Shown here in pieces: positions 1-11,853 of a DNA stretch of 64,000 nucleotides. Below the pieces are notes generated by a model. That model had not been told where the DNA came from, made no database searches, and saw only the letters and a list, made by a program, of their open reading frames with translations. The stretch spans positions 7,316,001 to 7,380,000 of the forward strand of contig NC_092350.1 in the NCBI RefSeq assembly GCF_963676685.1, written 5' to 3'. How positions within the stretch are numbered: position 1 is the first letter of the stretch; every line of letters begins with the position of its first letter. Source of the stretch: Mytilus edulis (lineage: Eukaryota). Position numbers and translations under genes: made by a program.

Positions 1-656
1 TAAGCTCCCCTACAGCTGATAGTTTAACATTTTCAGCAATTTATGATTAAAGTTGCCCTTTCTTTTAATAAAATTATTTTATAAATAAACTTTTATAATT
101 TAGCAAGTAGAAAAAGCTTGCTATAAATCTCAAATTCAAAATTTTCTGAAAACCCCCCAGTAAGTAACCACTTTTGATTTTTTTTTGCCAAATTAAAAAA
201 AAGATATACCAGTAAAGGCACTAGCATAGAAGATGTGTGGAATCAAATAGGTTACAACTATAGTGATAATGAAATATTCTAATAATAACCAGTTTTAAAT
301 GTATGGACTTAATGGACTTATTGTATGATGTTATATGTGACCAGTCAGAATAGTGGACAATGAAATATTCAAATGATGGAACTGACTGACTTTTAGTGAA
401 TAGACTAAATTCAGGATCGAACAGCTTTGGAATTCGACCGACAAGTAAATATTGACACCAGCCTTGTAACCAGCAAGTGAATTATTGACATTTATATTGA
501 TGTGACCAGTATTCATGTAGATGGACAGTGCTAGTGGACTATAAACTGATAAATCTCACAGAAAGGCACATCACAACTGGGTCTGAAGCTGTTACATACA
601 AAAGATGAGGTAATTATACTCAAAATACATAACATTACACTGAATGTGATTACATG

Positions 657-918
657 TAGATGTAAAACAGATGTGGTATGATTGCCAATGAGACAACTCT
701 CAACAAGAGACCAAATTATCAAAAAATTAACAATTATAGGTCACTGTGCGGCCTTCAACAATGAGCAAAGCCCATACCACATAGTCCGCTATAAAAGGCC
801 CTGAAATGAAAATGTAAAACAATTCAAACGAGAAAATATAAACGGCCTTGCTAACTTGTGTACCAAAAATTAACGAAAAAACAAATATGTAAAAACTAAA
901 ACAAACGACAACCACTGA
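657..918 (-). mobile_element. SINE-like repeat 3' fragment
   Basis: Reverse complement of 5225-5440. Confidence 0.8.
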
Positions 919-1181
919 TGTTTATTAACCTTATATAAGCATTTAGGTTATTTTGAGTATTTTGAAAAAGATATAATAAATGTGTAATAGAGCCAAAGGT
1001 CTTCATTACAAAAAAATCAGCCTGGTAAATTTAAAAACAACATGTACCGTATGTACCTGATTGGATGTTTTATTATACTTTGGTGAAAAATTGTCCTACT
1101 TTTAATTATAATTAAAATTCCATATAAGCATTTTTAAGAATGTGGCTGTTCAACATAATTTTTTCTTCTTCATATATCCAG

Positions 1182-4160
1182 GAAATAAGAATTGTATGTG
1201 ATCTATTACAAGATCTGAGGACAGTAGGACCTGGAAGAACTATATTACCAACTTCAAGGTGAGTTTACAGTAAAACAAAATGGTAATAAACACATGTTAA
1301 ATCGCTAAAATACTGAACTCCGAGGAAAATTCAAAACAGAAAGTCCCTAATCAAATGGCAAATCAAAAGAATTGACTACATATATCATATTAAATTAATT
1401 GGTGGATTGAACCTGGTTTTATAGCGCTAAACATCTCACTTGTATGAAAATCCCAACAAATTCCATTATATTGACAACAATGCGTGAATAAAACATGATA
1501 GGTAACAATGTCAAAATAGGGGTTCAGCAGTCAACACAGTGTCACAATCTTAATCGCAACAAAAACAAACAAATATTTAATAAAGAAGCACTAAAAAGGA
1601 ATATATCGATCACATTTAACAACCTCGTTCATTATGCTTGCTTATTTTTGTATTTTATTTATTTATGCCAAATAATAAATTGCTCCTGCAATTATACAAT
1701 GGAAACTTGTTTATCATCATACCTTTGTTTATCATACTGTTAAAGTCTTGGCCAAATTTATTTCAATGTTTGAATTTTGAAAAGAAACATTGATGCTACT
1801 TAGCAAGATTTAATACTCTCATTTCTGAGTTATAGGTTATGTTTAATGCAAAAATTAAAATGTCATGGTAAATATGCATGAAATATTTGCCACTGGACAT
1901 TAAGCATACAACAATCAATCAATCTTATATATGTATATATGGTATGAATAATTTCTGACATATCAATAAGAATTAAATCTGTTATTTTGTGAATTTAATT
2001 TCCATGTTTTAATTGACATTTTGTTGTTTCTCTGTAGATTAACTGCTTGGGAATTTACAAATCAACTGATATAGAAGAATTTTGCCATTTAGATGAACTT
2101 GGAAACATTATTGACAAACAATATAGTGTATTATTATTCTTGTTAAAATCAACAGAAAGAGAGAGAGAGAGAAAGGATAGGAGAGAGTCAATTGTAAAGA
2201 TTTATGTCTTTTTAACCAGACATGTCGATTACATTAGAATTTCAGAGACCTACAGTTCTCCCTAATTAAATGGTCATGAAGCAGTTTAATGTTAAGACTT
2301 TGATGTGACCAGCAAGAACAATCAGGCAGCCGCCATTGGTTTAAATCTCTTTTTTCGAAGATGTTTGGTTACATTAGAATAAATCTGTGTGGAATGTCAA
2401 AAAAAAGTAAAAAAATAATAATTTGTGGTATTTTGTAGTTTCATTATGCAATCTTGAATACATTTATGATTACTATTTAGAAAGAAATATAACATTAGAA
2501 TGGAAATTGTATAAACATTTATTTGAGACAGAGTTTCACATTATGTCATTAAAATAATTAAATTCTTTTTCTGTGAATGAAGGACAAACAGGGAAAACAG
2601 ACAAAGCTGCTATTCGATAAATTTCAAATTGTATTTATTCACATTTGATTGATTAGTTAAAGATTAACTACAAGTATTCAGCATAGTACAAAATTAAGGA
2701 TGCACTGCAAGTGTATATTATCTTTATAGTTATCATCACACTATGGATCCAATCTAGATGTACAACACTCTTTTTTATAGTGTTCTGTAAATTATCAGGA
2801 ACACCAGTTGTGATGAATGGGAAGACTGGCAGGCTGAGAAATGGGTATAAGGGGAGGGAATACCCCTGCTTATCTTTTCATACTGGTTAGTTCCTTTGGT
2901 CAAGGTTTTGTACAAATGTTGTTCATATCAGATGTATACTTGTTATTTGGAGCTCTGTAAAAAAAAAAAAAAAAAAAAAATGTAAAAAAGAAAAGAAAAA
3001 AAAAAAAAAAAATTGTGAACAGAGTTCTAGATAATAACTGGGTGGTATGAAATGTGGGTTAAATATTTTCGGTATATTTTAAGTGATTTTTTTTTTTTAT
3101 GCATCTGATATTTTTTGTGTATAAAATGTTATGTTATTTTTTTATAGAATTGCTTTAGTTGCCTTCTTGACTAACATTTATTGGTGAATGGAGAGACTAG
3201 CAGGCTGAGATTGAGGCATAAGGGGAGGGATTACCCCTGCTTTTCTCTTCATACTTGTAAATTCTGTCACTGCACGGAAGGTCAACAATTAAGAATATAT
3301 AATTTTTTTTATGTATCAATGTAAGTTAGATAAGTTATATCAGATGTATATAAAGTAAGATGAAAGTATTCTTTAGAGCTCTGTAAAAAAAAAGCTTGTA
3401 AACAGAGGTCTAGATAATGCATTAAGGGGTTTGGTTTGACATGGGGATTTCAAATTATATTTACAAGTCATCATCTACAAAAATGCATCTGATATTATTT
3501 GCCCCCAGCCCAGTTTCATGTCCCAAATATAATGACTGCAGAATAATGGCAACAGCTTAGTCAACACCCTTATTTAAAGTTTCTGATTCACTTCCATTCC
3601 CAACCCCACCCCCACCCCACCCTTTTAATAAGTAGTTATAGATTAAGGTTTCTTATTGGGAGTAATGATTGATTGATTTTAATTAAGTGTCACAGAATTA
3701 TTAAGATACTAATTTCTGTGTAACAAGATTAATCTCCAATATTTAAAGGTGCTTTTGATTAAGATTTATTAAACTAAAAAAATTATGTTTCTTCAGCTCT
3801 GTCTTATATACTAAATGGAAATTTACCTCTATATATATATCTTCATTTTATATGCTACAAAATTGTGCCTGTTTTACAAAGGTTTATCTAACAGAATGAA
3901 AAACCCTGTCCATGAAATTGATTAAATTGAACTTAAATTGTACATGTTATAATCACAATATGATATACAGTATTATTAATCAAGTAAAATACTGCAAGTA
4001 ATAACCCTGTTTGTTCATGACAATTGAACATGTGAAATATCTGTTACAATAACACACCCATGCTTTTTCCCTATTGGGTTTTTTAATGCAGGGTGCATGT
4101 TTTTCTATGATTTGTCATATTTTTGTCTTCTCTTTTAATAAAGACCATGCAATTACATAG
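1182..4160 (+). ncRNA. Putative spliced non-coding gene, copy A (exons 1182-1258 and 2038-about 4160; possible upstream exon ending 609)
   Basis: Strong donor aag|gtgagt at 1258, acceptor tctgtag at 2037, AATAAA near 4137; paralogous to 22537-25200; no conserved ORF. Confidence 0.4.
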
Positions 4161-5117
4161 AAATGTTTCTGTTTTGTTGAAAAATTGAAAGGTCCTTATT
4201 TAGTTCCTCTTCAAAGGTACGAGTTTGTTACAAATATCTTGACCCTAGCATAATTCATCAGTTTGGATGATTGACTCTGTCCTTGAGGCAAGGTCAGAAA
4301 GAAAACTGGTATTTGCAGCTTCAATGCCAAGGACACATCATTTAGGAGAAGTACTCGTCTGTCATATTTGTTTTTCATGAACTATTTCTGTTAATAGCTT
4401 TCTTGGTTTGAATTATCTCCCCTTGTTTTGTCCTGGGCATTATATAGTCAACTTCCTGATATACAATATGGATTTTGCTCATTGTTGAAGGTTGTATAGC
4501 AACGTATACGGCTGCTAATAATCAGCCTTATTTGAACTTTGGAGCATCGATAGACTAGTTGTCTCATATGTAATCATATGTAATCATACCACATCTTATT
4601 TTATACACTGGTTGGCTGGAATCAGAATATTGATTAAGGATATGTTGATCTAGTTGATTTTGAGGTTAAAATGTTGAGGCCACAGACCAAAAATGGAAGT
4701 GAAAGGTTTTTGTCGAGCCTTCGACTTTAGTCGAAAAGTGAGACTAAGCAATCCTACATTCCGTTGGCGGCGTCCACAAATATTCACTCCATCATGTTAA
4801 AGTTTTTGAAATTTTAATAACTTTCTTAAACTATACTTGATTTCTACCAAACTTAGACAGATGATTGTTTATTGTCAAAAGCTAGTATCCAGAGGTAAAT
4901 TTTGTAAAAATAAAATTCCATTTTATCTGTATTTTACTTATAAATGGACTTAGTTTTTCTGCTGGGAAACATTACATTCACTCTGTGGTTAAACTATCCT
5001 GGGTTTATACCAAACATGGACAGAAGCTTGTTTATGATCATAAGATAGTTAATCCAGAAGCAATTTTTGTAAAAAAAAATCCATTTTTTCAGTATTTTAC
5101 TTTTAAATGGACTAAAT

Positions 5118-5443
5118 GTACTGTTATACCACTGTCCCAGGTTAGGAGGAGGGTTAAGATCCTGCTTACATGTTAAACCCTGCCACATTATTTATGTATG
5201 TGCCTGTCCCAAGTCGGGAGCCTGTAATTCAGTGGTTGTCGTTTGTTTATGTGTTACATATTTGTTTTCTCGTTTGAAATGTTTTACATTGTCTTATCAG
5301 GGCCTTTTATAGCTGACTATGCGGTATGGGCTTTGCTCATTGCTGAAGGCCGTACGGTGACCTATAGTTGTTAATGTCTTTCATTTTGGTCTCTTGTGGA
5401 CAGTTGTCTCATTGGCAATCATACCACATCTTCTTTTTTATAT
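5118..5443 (+). mobile_element. Abundant SINE-like repeat (3' end ...CTCATTGGCAATCATACCACATCTTCTTTTT) carrying a twister-like motif; inserted in a HINE
   Basis: Other copies or fragments at about 657-918(-), 4440-4602(+), 7193-9412(-), 19441-19760(-), 22738-23040(-), 25110-25150(-), 43915-44053(+) and 50790-51131(+). Confidence 0.85.
5129..5235 (+). ncRNA. Twister ribozyme-like motif, circularly permuted (type P5)
   Basis: P5 CAGGTT/AGCCTG (plus CCACTG/CAGTGG), GA-GGG at 5149-5153, NAA at 5175-5177, P2 CCCT, GC, P3 CACAT/ATGTG, P4 CCTG-TCCCAAGT-CGGG; both pseudoknots can form. P1 and P2 are imperfect. Confidence 0.55.
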
Positions 5444-5904
5444 TAGATTTTCTGCTAGGAAACAACACTTTCACTCTGTAGTTAAAGTTTTAAAATTTTT
5501 AATAACTTTCTTATACTATTTTGGATTTGTACCAAACTTGGACAGAAGCTTGTTTATGATCATAAGATAGTTTCCAGAAGTAAATTTTGAAGAAAAGAAA
5601 AAATCCATTTTTTCAGTATTTTACTTTAGATGGACTTAGGTTTTCTGCCAGGAAACAACGCTTTCACTATGTGGTTAAAGTTTTTAAAATTTTAATAACT
5701 TTCTTATACTATTTTGGATTTGTACCAAACTTCGACAGAAGCTTGTTTATGATCATAAGATAGTATCCAGAGGAATATTTTTATTGATTTTTTTCCTCAT
5801 TTTTGTTGAGCCTGTGATTAACAGCAAAAGTAGGTGAGACACTGGGTTCCGTGGAACCCTCACAAATTTTTTGGTGAACTTCAAGGAATTTTGCTGCAAT
5901 TTAA

Positions 5905-6097
5905 TCTTTATTTGGATTAATTGGCTAGTGGTAGTGCATTAGAGAACCACAACCTTCGACAGGAAAACTGACAATTATAGTCAATTAAGATAAGTCGAGT
6001 GCACTTGCCACATGCAGGGTTAGAACTTACAACCTCAGCGTTGACAGGCTAGTGATTTCAGTAGTTGAACTACTATCACTACACCACCAAGACCTCA
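5905..6097 (-). mobile_element. Decayed tRNA-derived SINE head (V-SINE-like)
   Basis: On - strand, A-box-like TGGTGTAGTGA and B-box-like GTTCTAACC; SINE-tail-like fragments at 36830-36955 and 1860-1925. Confidence 0.45.
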
Positions 6098-6769
6098 CCT
6101 AAATTGGGATATATGTTATTTAATGAGAAAGATCAAATATGATGTCTTTAAGTTTAATGTCACATATACCAAAACAAACTTAAAGCAGTGCAGAAGCAGT
6201 ATTGTCGCACACAGAACCTTGCTAGGAACTAAACTTGGATATGGTAAATCAATACATGGAAACCCCAAAATAATTTGTTAGTCCACATATAAAGGGTCCT
6301 AGTAATTCATTTCTGGACTGTATCTTTGGAACATTTCACAACAATTGTGTCTATTTTTGTGGTATGATTTCAGCAATAGTTAATGTATAAGTATAAAGTG
6401 CTATTCCAAATTATTCCATATGTTTTGTTTCCCAATTATTGGAGAGCCAACACATGAAAAATCTCTGCTTAGATTACATGTAAAAGTTTGCTAATAAGTC
6501 AATTCAAGGAGAACCACAATTGGTAGGTCAGTGGTATTTGATATGCAGTTGTATAAGCATTGGCACATCTCAAGTTTATGGAGATTATTAGGCCCTGCCC
6601 CTTCAGTTGTGGTCTATTGACTTTGAAACTTGAGCTGAATTTACATGTTTAGTGATTGTCAGTAAGGTGTCGCATCTCATTTCCATTGCATTTTATTGGC
6701 CCAGCCCCCTCAGTCCTTTAAATTGCATAGTTTACATTTTGAAGTCGTGATTAGATCAGTTTATGATCA

Positions 6770-6962
6770 CATTAAATTCAGAAATTATTGCGTGCATTTA
6801 TTATTGCAATTTTTTCAGTTTAGACTTAAATGCGATTTTGAGAAAAAACCTGTCTAATTCATATAAAATATTTCAAAATGCAAGTTTAAATTATTTGATT
6901 TTACAACTCTGTCCCATTTTTTCAATAATAAAAACCTCGCAATAATTTCTGAATTTACAGTA
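6770..6962. mobile_element. Tc1/mariner-type MITE remnant
   Basis: TAAATTCAGAAATTATTGCG / CGCAATAATTTCTGAATTTACAGTA inverted pair. Confidence 0.6.
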
Positions 6963-7451
6963 ACCAATAATGCTAAGTCAATGATATTTAGTATGCAATT
7001 GTAATAGCATTCCCTATTATATGACCCTGCCACCCATAGTTTATTGACTTTTGCATTGTTTAGATGGTAAAGTTTGTGTTTGTCAGTTTAAAGGGAACTT
7101 ACATATGAGAAGTCAATTGTATTAACTATGCAGTTGTATTGGCATTTGCAATTTTCAAAGAGGTTATTTGGCCCTGCACCTTCAGTCATGTAAAAAAATG
7201 AAGATGGGGTATGATTGCCAATGAGACAACTCTCCAGTCCACAAGAGACCAAATGACACAGAAAATAACAGCTATAGGTCGCTTTATGACCTTCAACAAT
7301 GAGCAAAACTCATACCACATAGTCGGCTATAAAAGGCCCTGAAAATGACAAATGTAAAACAATAACAAGAAAACTAATGGCCTAATTTATGTACAAAAAA
7401 TGAAGGGAAGACAAATATGTAACACATCAACAAACGACAACCACTGAGTTA

Positions 7452-7729
7452 GGGAGCTACCATTTGATTTTTATGGGGGGGGGGGGGGGGGGGGGCTAGG
7501 ATGAAATTTGAAAAAAATAGGCAGGACAGGAATTTTGAGTAAAAAAAAAGGCAGGATCAGACACTTGCAAAAAAAAAGTCAGGATAAACTAAAAAAAAAG
7601 AAGGCAGGACCGAATAGAGTGAAAAATAAAAAGGCAGGACAGAGATTACAACTAAAAAAAAATGCAGGACAAAAAATGTCATCCTAGCCACCCCCCCCCC
7701 CCCCCCATAAAAATCAAATGGTAGCTCCC
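7452..7729. mobile_element. PIF/Harbinger-type MITE
   Basis: TIR GGGAGCTACCATTTGATTTTTATGGGG... at both ends; 3-bp TSD TTA (7449-7451, 7730-7732); internal GCAGGA repeats. Confidence 0.85.
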
Positions 7730-7797
7730 TTACAGGCGTACTTGGGACGTGCAAACATACAGAATATGGCAAAGTCAGACATGCTAGCACTCCTCTT

Positions 7798-8238
7798 AAA
7801 CTGGGCTAGTGATGTATCCGTAAAACATGAACAGGATCACAACCCTCCTCCTAAACTGGGCTAGTGATGTATCCATGCAACATATGAACAGGATCACAAC
7901 CCTCCTCATAAACTGGGCCATTGGTGTATCCATGCAACATATGAATAGGATCACAACCCTCCTCATAAACTGGGCTAGTGGTGTATCCATGCAACATATG
8001 AACAGGATCACAACCCTCCTTATAAACTGGGCTAGTGGTGTATCCATGCAACATATGAACAGGATCACAACCCTCCTCATAAACTGGGACAGTGATGTAT
8101 CCATGCAACATATGAACAGGATCACACACCCCCCCCCCCCCTTAAACTGGTCTAGTGGTGTATCCGTACAACATATGAACAGGATCACAACCCTCCTCCT
8201 AAACTGGGACAGTGGTGTATCCGTACAACATATGAACA
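7798..8238. repeat. 57-bp minisatellite, about 8 copies
   Basis: Unit AAACTGGGCTAGTGGTGTATCCATGCAACATATGAACAGGATCACAACCCTCCTCAT; explains the 19-aa repeat ORFs. Confidence 0.95.
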
Positions 8239-8247
8239 AACTATAAT

Positions 8248-9287
8248 AAACAGCTGCGCCATGAGCGCATGATACGCCCGACGTCTTGTGTGGAAGTTTT
8301 ATGCAATAATCATAAATAGTTTCTGAGAAAGTTTTAAGCAATAACCATATATTGTTTTTGAGACACGGCGGGACATGTGAAACCCCCAACCCTGTTTTTT
8401 TTTTCTTCGAAAAACTAAATATTACTAAAATAAAATTTTGAATCAAAACCAAAAGTATACAGATCTTAAGATTAATATAACAAAGAAGTGTGTAAAGTTT
8501 TAAGCAATAATCATAAATTAATTTTTGAGATACGGCACGACATGTAAATAAACACCTCCCCTGTTTAACAAAATACTCAATAACTCCAAAATAAAGTTTT
8601 GAATCATCAACAAAAAGTATACAGATCTTTAGATTAATATAACAAAGAAGTGTGTAAAGTTTTAAGCAATAATCATAAATTGTTTTTGAGATACGGCACA
8701 ACATGTAAAAAAAACCCTCCCCCTTTTTTACAAAATACTCAATAACTCAAAAATGAAATTTTGAATCATCACCAAAAAGTATACAGATCTTTAGATTAAT
8801 TAAACAAAGACATGTGTAAAGTTTTAAGCAATAATCATAAATCTAAAATGAGATATGGTGCGACATGTAAAAAACCCTCCCCCTTTTTTACAAAATACTC
8901 AATAACTCAAAAATAAAATTTTGAATCATCACCAAAAGGTATACAGATATTAAGATTAATATAACTAAGAAGTGTTTAAAGTTTTAAGCCATAATCATGA
9001 ATCGTTTTTGAGATACGGTGCGACATGTGAAAAAAAACACACCCCTGTTTTAGTTACAAAGTGCCGTAACTCAAAAAGTTTTAATCTTATTTTCACCAAA
9101 AAGTATACAGATCATTTGACCATCATAAGAAACAACTATGTTAAGTTTCATGAAATTTGGATAAGTCGTTCTCAAGTTACGGTGCTACATGTTTACGCCG
9201 GACAGACAGACGGACAGACGGACGGACGGACACTGGACATTTGTATACCATAATACGTCCCGTCAAAATTTTGACGGGCGTATAAAA
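8248..9287 (-). mobile_element. Helentron-associated (HINE/DINE-like) element with about 160-bp internal tandem repeats
   Basis: End palindrome TACGTCCCGTCAAAATTTTGACGGGCGTA, (GACG/GACA)n microsatellite, other end with ATACGCCCG and a GCGC-hairpin, A/T-run insertion site. Confidence 0.75.
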
Positions 9288-11171
9288 ATCAGTTGAAAAA
9301 GGCTTTACTCATCAGATGGATACTGAAATAAAAATACTTATCAAAGTGGACGACAGGCAGGGTACAACAACAAAAAGACACTAAGTACAGATCTTAGAGT
9401 ACTAGCAGTTACTTTGTATGTTCTGCATAGTTGACGCGTTAAAAGATTGCATTTCTATCTAAACATTTGCAGTATACTTAATAACATATGGGCGAGACAA
9501 ATATCTGTGTCTACTGCAGTTTAATACTTATGATGAAAGAGATGAAATGTCTAACCAAATTTAGAAAATATGACTTTTGCTTTTTCAATATTTTACTTAT
9601 AGATTTACTCAGTTTTTTGCAGTGAATATTTACACAGTATATCAATCTGAATTTTTTTTTTTTATTAAAACTCCCAATTTTTGACCCAACATCTTAACAT
9701 TTCCAAATGTTTTGATAATTTGAAGAAGGCATATGTTATAATGTCTAATTATTTCAGTTAAAGAAGATTTAAACAGATTCACTAAAACTGATTTTTGTTG
9801 TAATTTTGCAAAATATCTGACCACTTTTTGAAAAAAATGAACAGTGGCCACCCTCAGTGACACCAACAAATATTTATGTTAGAATATTCCTCATGTACCC
9901 TATCTTTAACTTTTCACCATAATTTTAATAGGCAAGGGGTGGAGCCACATATGAAATCTTTAAATGAGGTTAAAAAAAGGTAACAAATATCTTGAAAAAA
10001 ATATGATTCATTTGTCTATCTGTTGAGATGAACACGGCCGACACTCGGCTAACCGAGAGATTGGTCGGTTAATCTATATTGAGTATGCGGCTATATCGGC
10101 GGTTGGTCTGTTAATCGGGTTGGCTAAAGTCTGTTAATCAGGTGTTATCGAGACAATCATTGCAAATTCAGTATGTTTCATTGTATAACTTTTTAAATAT
10201 AGTTTTGTCATAAAAATCATTTATGTCTAACAAAACAATTCAATGTACCGAATACAGTGGTGTAATTATTTTTTTTCTAGCTTCGATAACCGATCTATAA
10301 AATGAAAAGGCGGGTTACTCGTCAATAAATTTATACACATTTTACACACACAAAATGTACAAAAAATGGCAACTTGGTTGAATCTACTTGCATGCAATAT
10401 TTTAAACATCGAAAAAATACAGGCACTATGTTTGTTAACTATATTGATATCATTGTGTGAAAAATCTACACGAAAATCGGTATTTTGGTTACATTAATCA
10501 ATTTTCATTAAAAACCTGGTCTGTTAATGGGTCGGATGTATAAAACCCGGTCTGTTAATTGGTCTGTTAAGAGTTATGAATGGCATTAGTATAATTTGAT
10601 TGCTTTATGGGGAGTTATCGGATCAAATGGGTAGGCTCCAGACAAGTGGCTAAAATATACGAAAACAACACATGAACAATGAAACATAAATTTAGACAAT
10701 GGCAATGATAAAATTGGTTTTAAAAGGTGTAATATTTAAGTAATATTAATTTCATCCAAGAATGGTCGAATACATCATGTGGATTCTGTTTCGTTGTTAT
10801 GATGATAACACCAATTTGTCATCTGCATTGGTAACAAGTATATAAATCAGAGATAAACGTCGTAATGTAACTAAACATCAGTAAGTAAAATCTATTGGGA
10901 TGCATAAATATATAATAGAGAAAAAGTAATGAAAAAAATAAATAAAATGCAGAGAAAAGTGACATAACAATTTAAAGAATACAGAAATAAACAACACTCC
11001 CGATCCGTATCCTCATGGTATATACGAGAATCTGGATAGAGACGCAGAATATAGAATAGTAGGTAAAATAGATAGAGAGTGATGCATTGCTAAGAAAAGG
11101 GAGAAAAAAATAAGAATACAGACATGAAGCAACTTTTCGTTATTTAGACCCTCGAAGATGATTGTTCAATA

Positions 11172-11336
11172 CAGTGGCGGATCCAGAACTTTTCCTAAGG
11201 GGGGGGCCCGCTGACTGACCTAAAAGGGGGGGGGGGGCTCCAGTCATGCTTCAATGATTCCCTATATAATCAACCAAATTTTTCCCACGAAAGGGGGGCC
11301 GGGCCCCCCAGGCCCCCCCCCCTGGATCCGCCTATG
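11172..11336 (+). mobile_element. G/C-run MITE (CAGTGGCGGATCCAG...CTGGATCCGCCTATG), 5-bp TSD CAATA
   Basis: Imperfect 15-bp TIR; CAATA at 11167-11171 and 11337-11341; second copy at 29970-30102. Confidence 0.85.
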
Positions 11337-11703
11337 CAATATATGATAAGTAATAGAACAAAAGAACCAATTGAATGATACTGACGAATTAGGATTTTTA
11401 AACTTCTAGTGGAAAATGTCATTTGCATATGAGAACGACAACACGTTTTATCGCACCACGGGTAAATTATCACGTTGTGATTGGTTTAACGCCGTCACGT
11501 TGTGACCCCCTATGAGACCGTAGGGGGTTAGTAAATTTCATATGGGGTTCATGACGCGTTAATGGTGACGTCATCTATTAATGTAGTTGTGTTTCATTGT
11601 TTATTTTTCCACAAAACGCAGTGGAAAATGTCGAGCGTGCGATAAATTCGTTATACGGTTAACTACTGACCCCTACGGATCCATACAGGGTGAATAAAAT
11701 CCC
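11245..11703 (+). repeat. First unit of a ~460-bp tandem duplication (second unit 11704-11813 + 16477-16847, split by the LINE)
   Basis: Near-identical sequence; differs by C-run length, one SNP and a 9-bp duplication. Confidence 0.9.
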
Positions 11704-11853
11704 CATGCTTCAATGATTCCCTATATAATCAACCAAATTTTTCCCACGAAAGGGGGGCCGGGCCCCCCAGGCCCCCCCCCCCCCCCTGGATCCGCCTATG
11801 CAATATATGATAACATTGCTTCACCTAGCGAAAGAAAACGTCAATCAGATCAG

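Larger units (their letters stand above)
4707..5872 (+). mobile_element. HINE-like element family B with internal tandem units
   Basis: TTTTGTCGAGCCTTCGACTTTAGTCGAAAA start, GGGTTCCGTGGAACCC 3' hairpin; homologous to 28410-29089. Confidence 0.75.
7193..9412 (-). mobile_element. Long SINE-like copy split by a MITE, a minisatellite and a HINE
   Basis: Segments 7193-7451 and 7730-8247 are collinear with 5118-5443; 9288-9412 probably continues the element (inference). Confidence 0.65.

Noticed and set aside
562-2075. Small spliced peptide (KGTSQLG...EIRIVCDLL...QLI*) across exons 562-609, 1182-1258 and 2038-
   Set aside because: The frame is open but not conserved in paralogous copy B and resembles nothing I know; it cannot be excluded as the tail of a gene starting upstream of the window.
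2811-2836. C/D snoRNA (GTGATGA...CTGA)
   Set aside because: The boxes are too close together and the C box is not kept in the two paralogous copies.
7796-8704. 302-aa and 139-aa repeat ORFs
   Set aside because: They span the 57-bp minisatellite and a HINE; not genes.
9288-9325. CTGATGAG on - strand in the SINE-like element
   Set aside because: No downstream GAAA or stem II.
10033-10075. Recombination signal sequence in the TIR
   Set aside because: Only CAC matches the heptamer; no ACAAAAACC-like nonamer at 12 or 23 bp.
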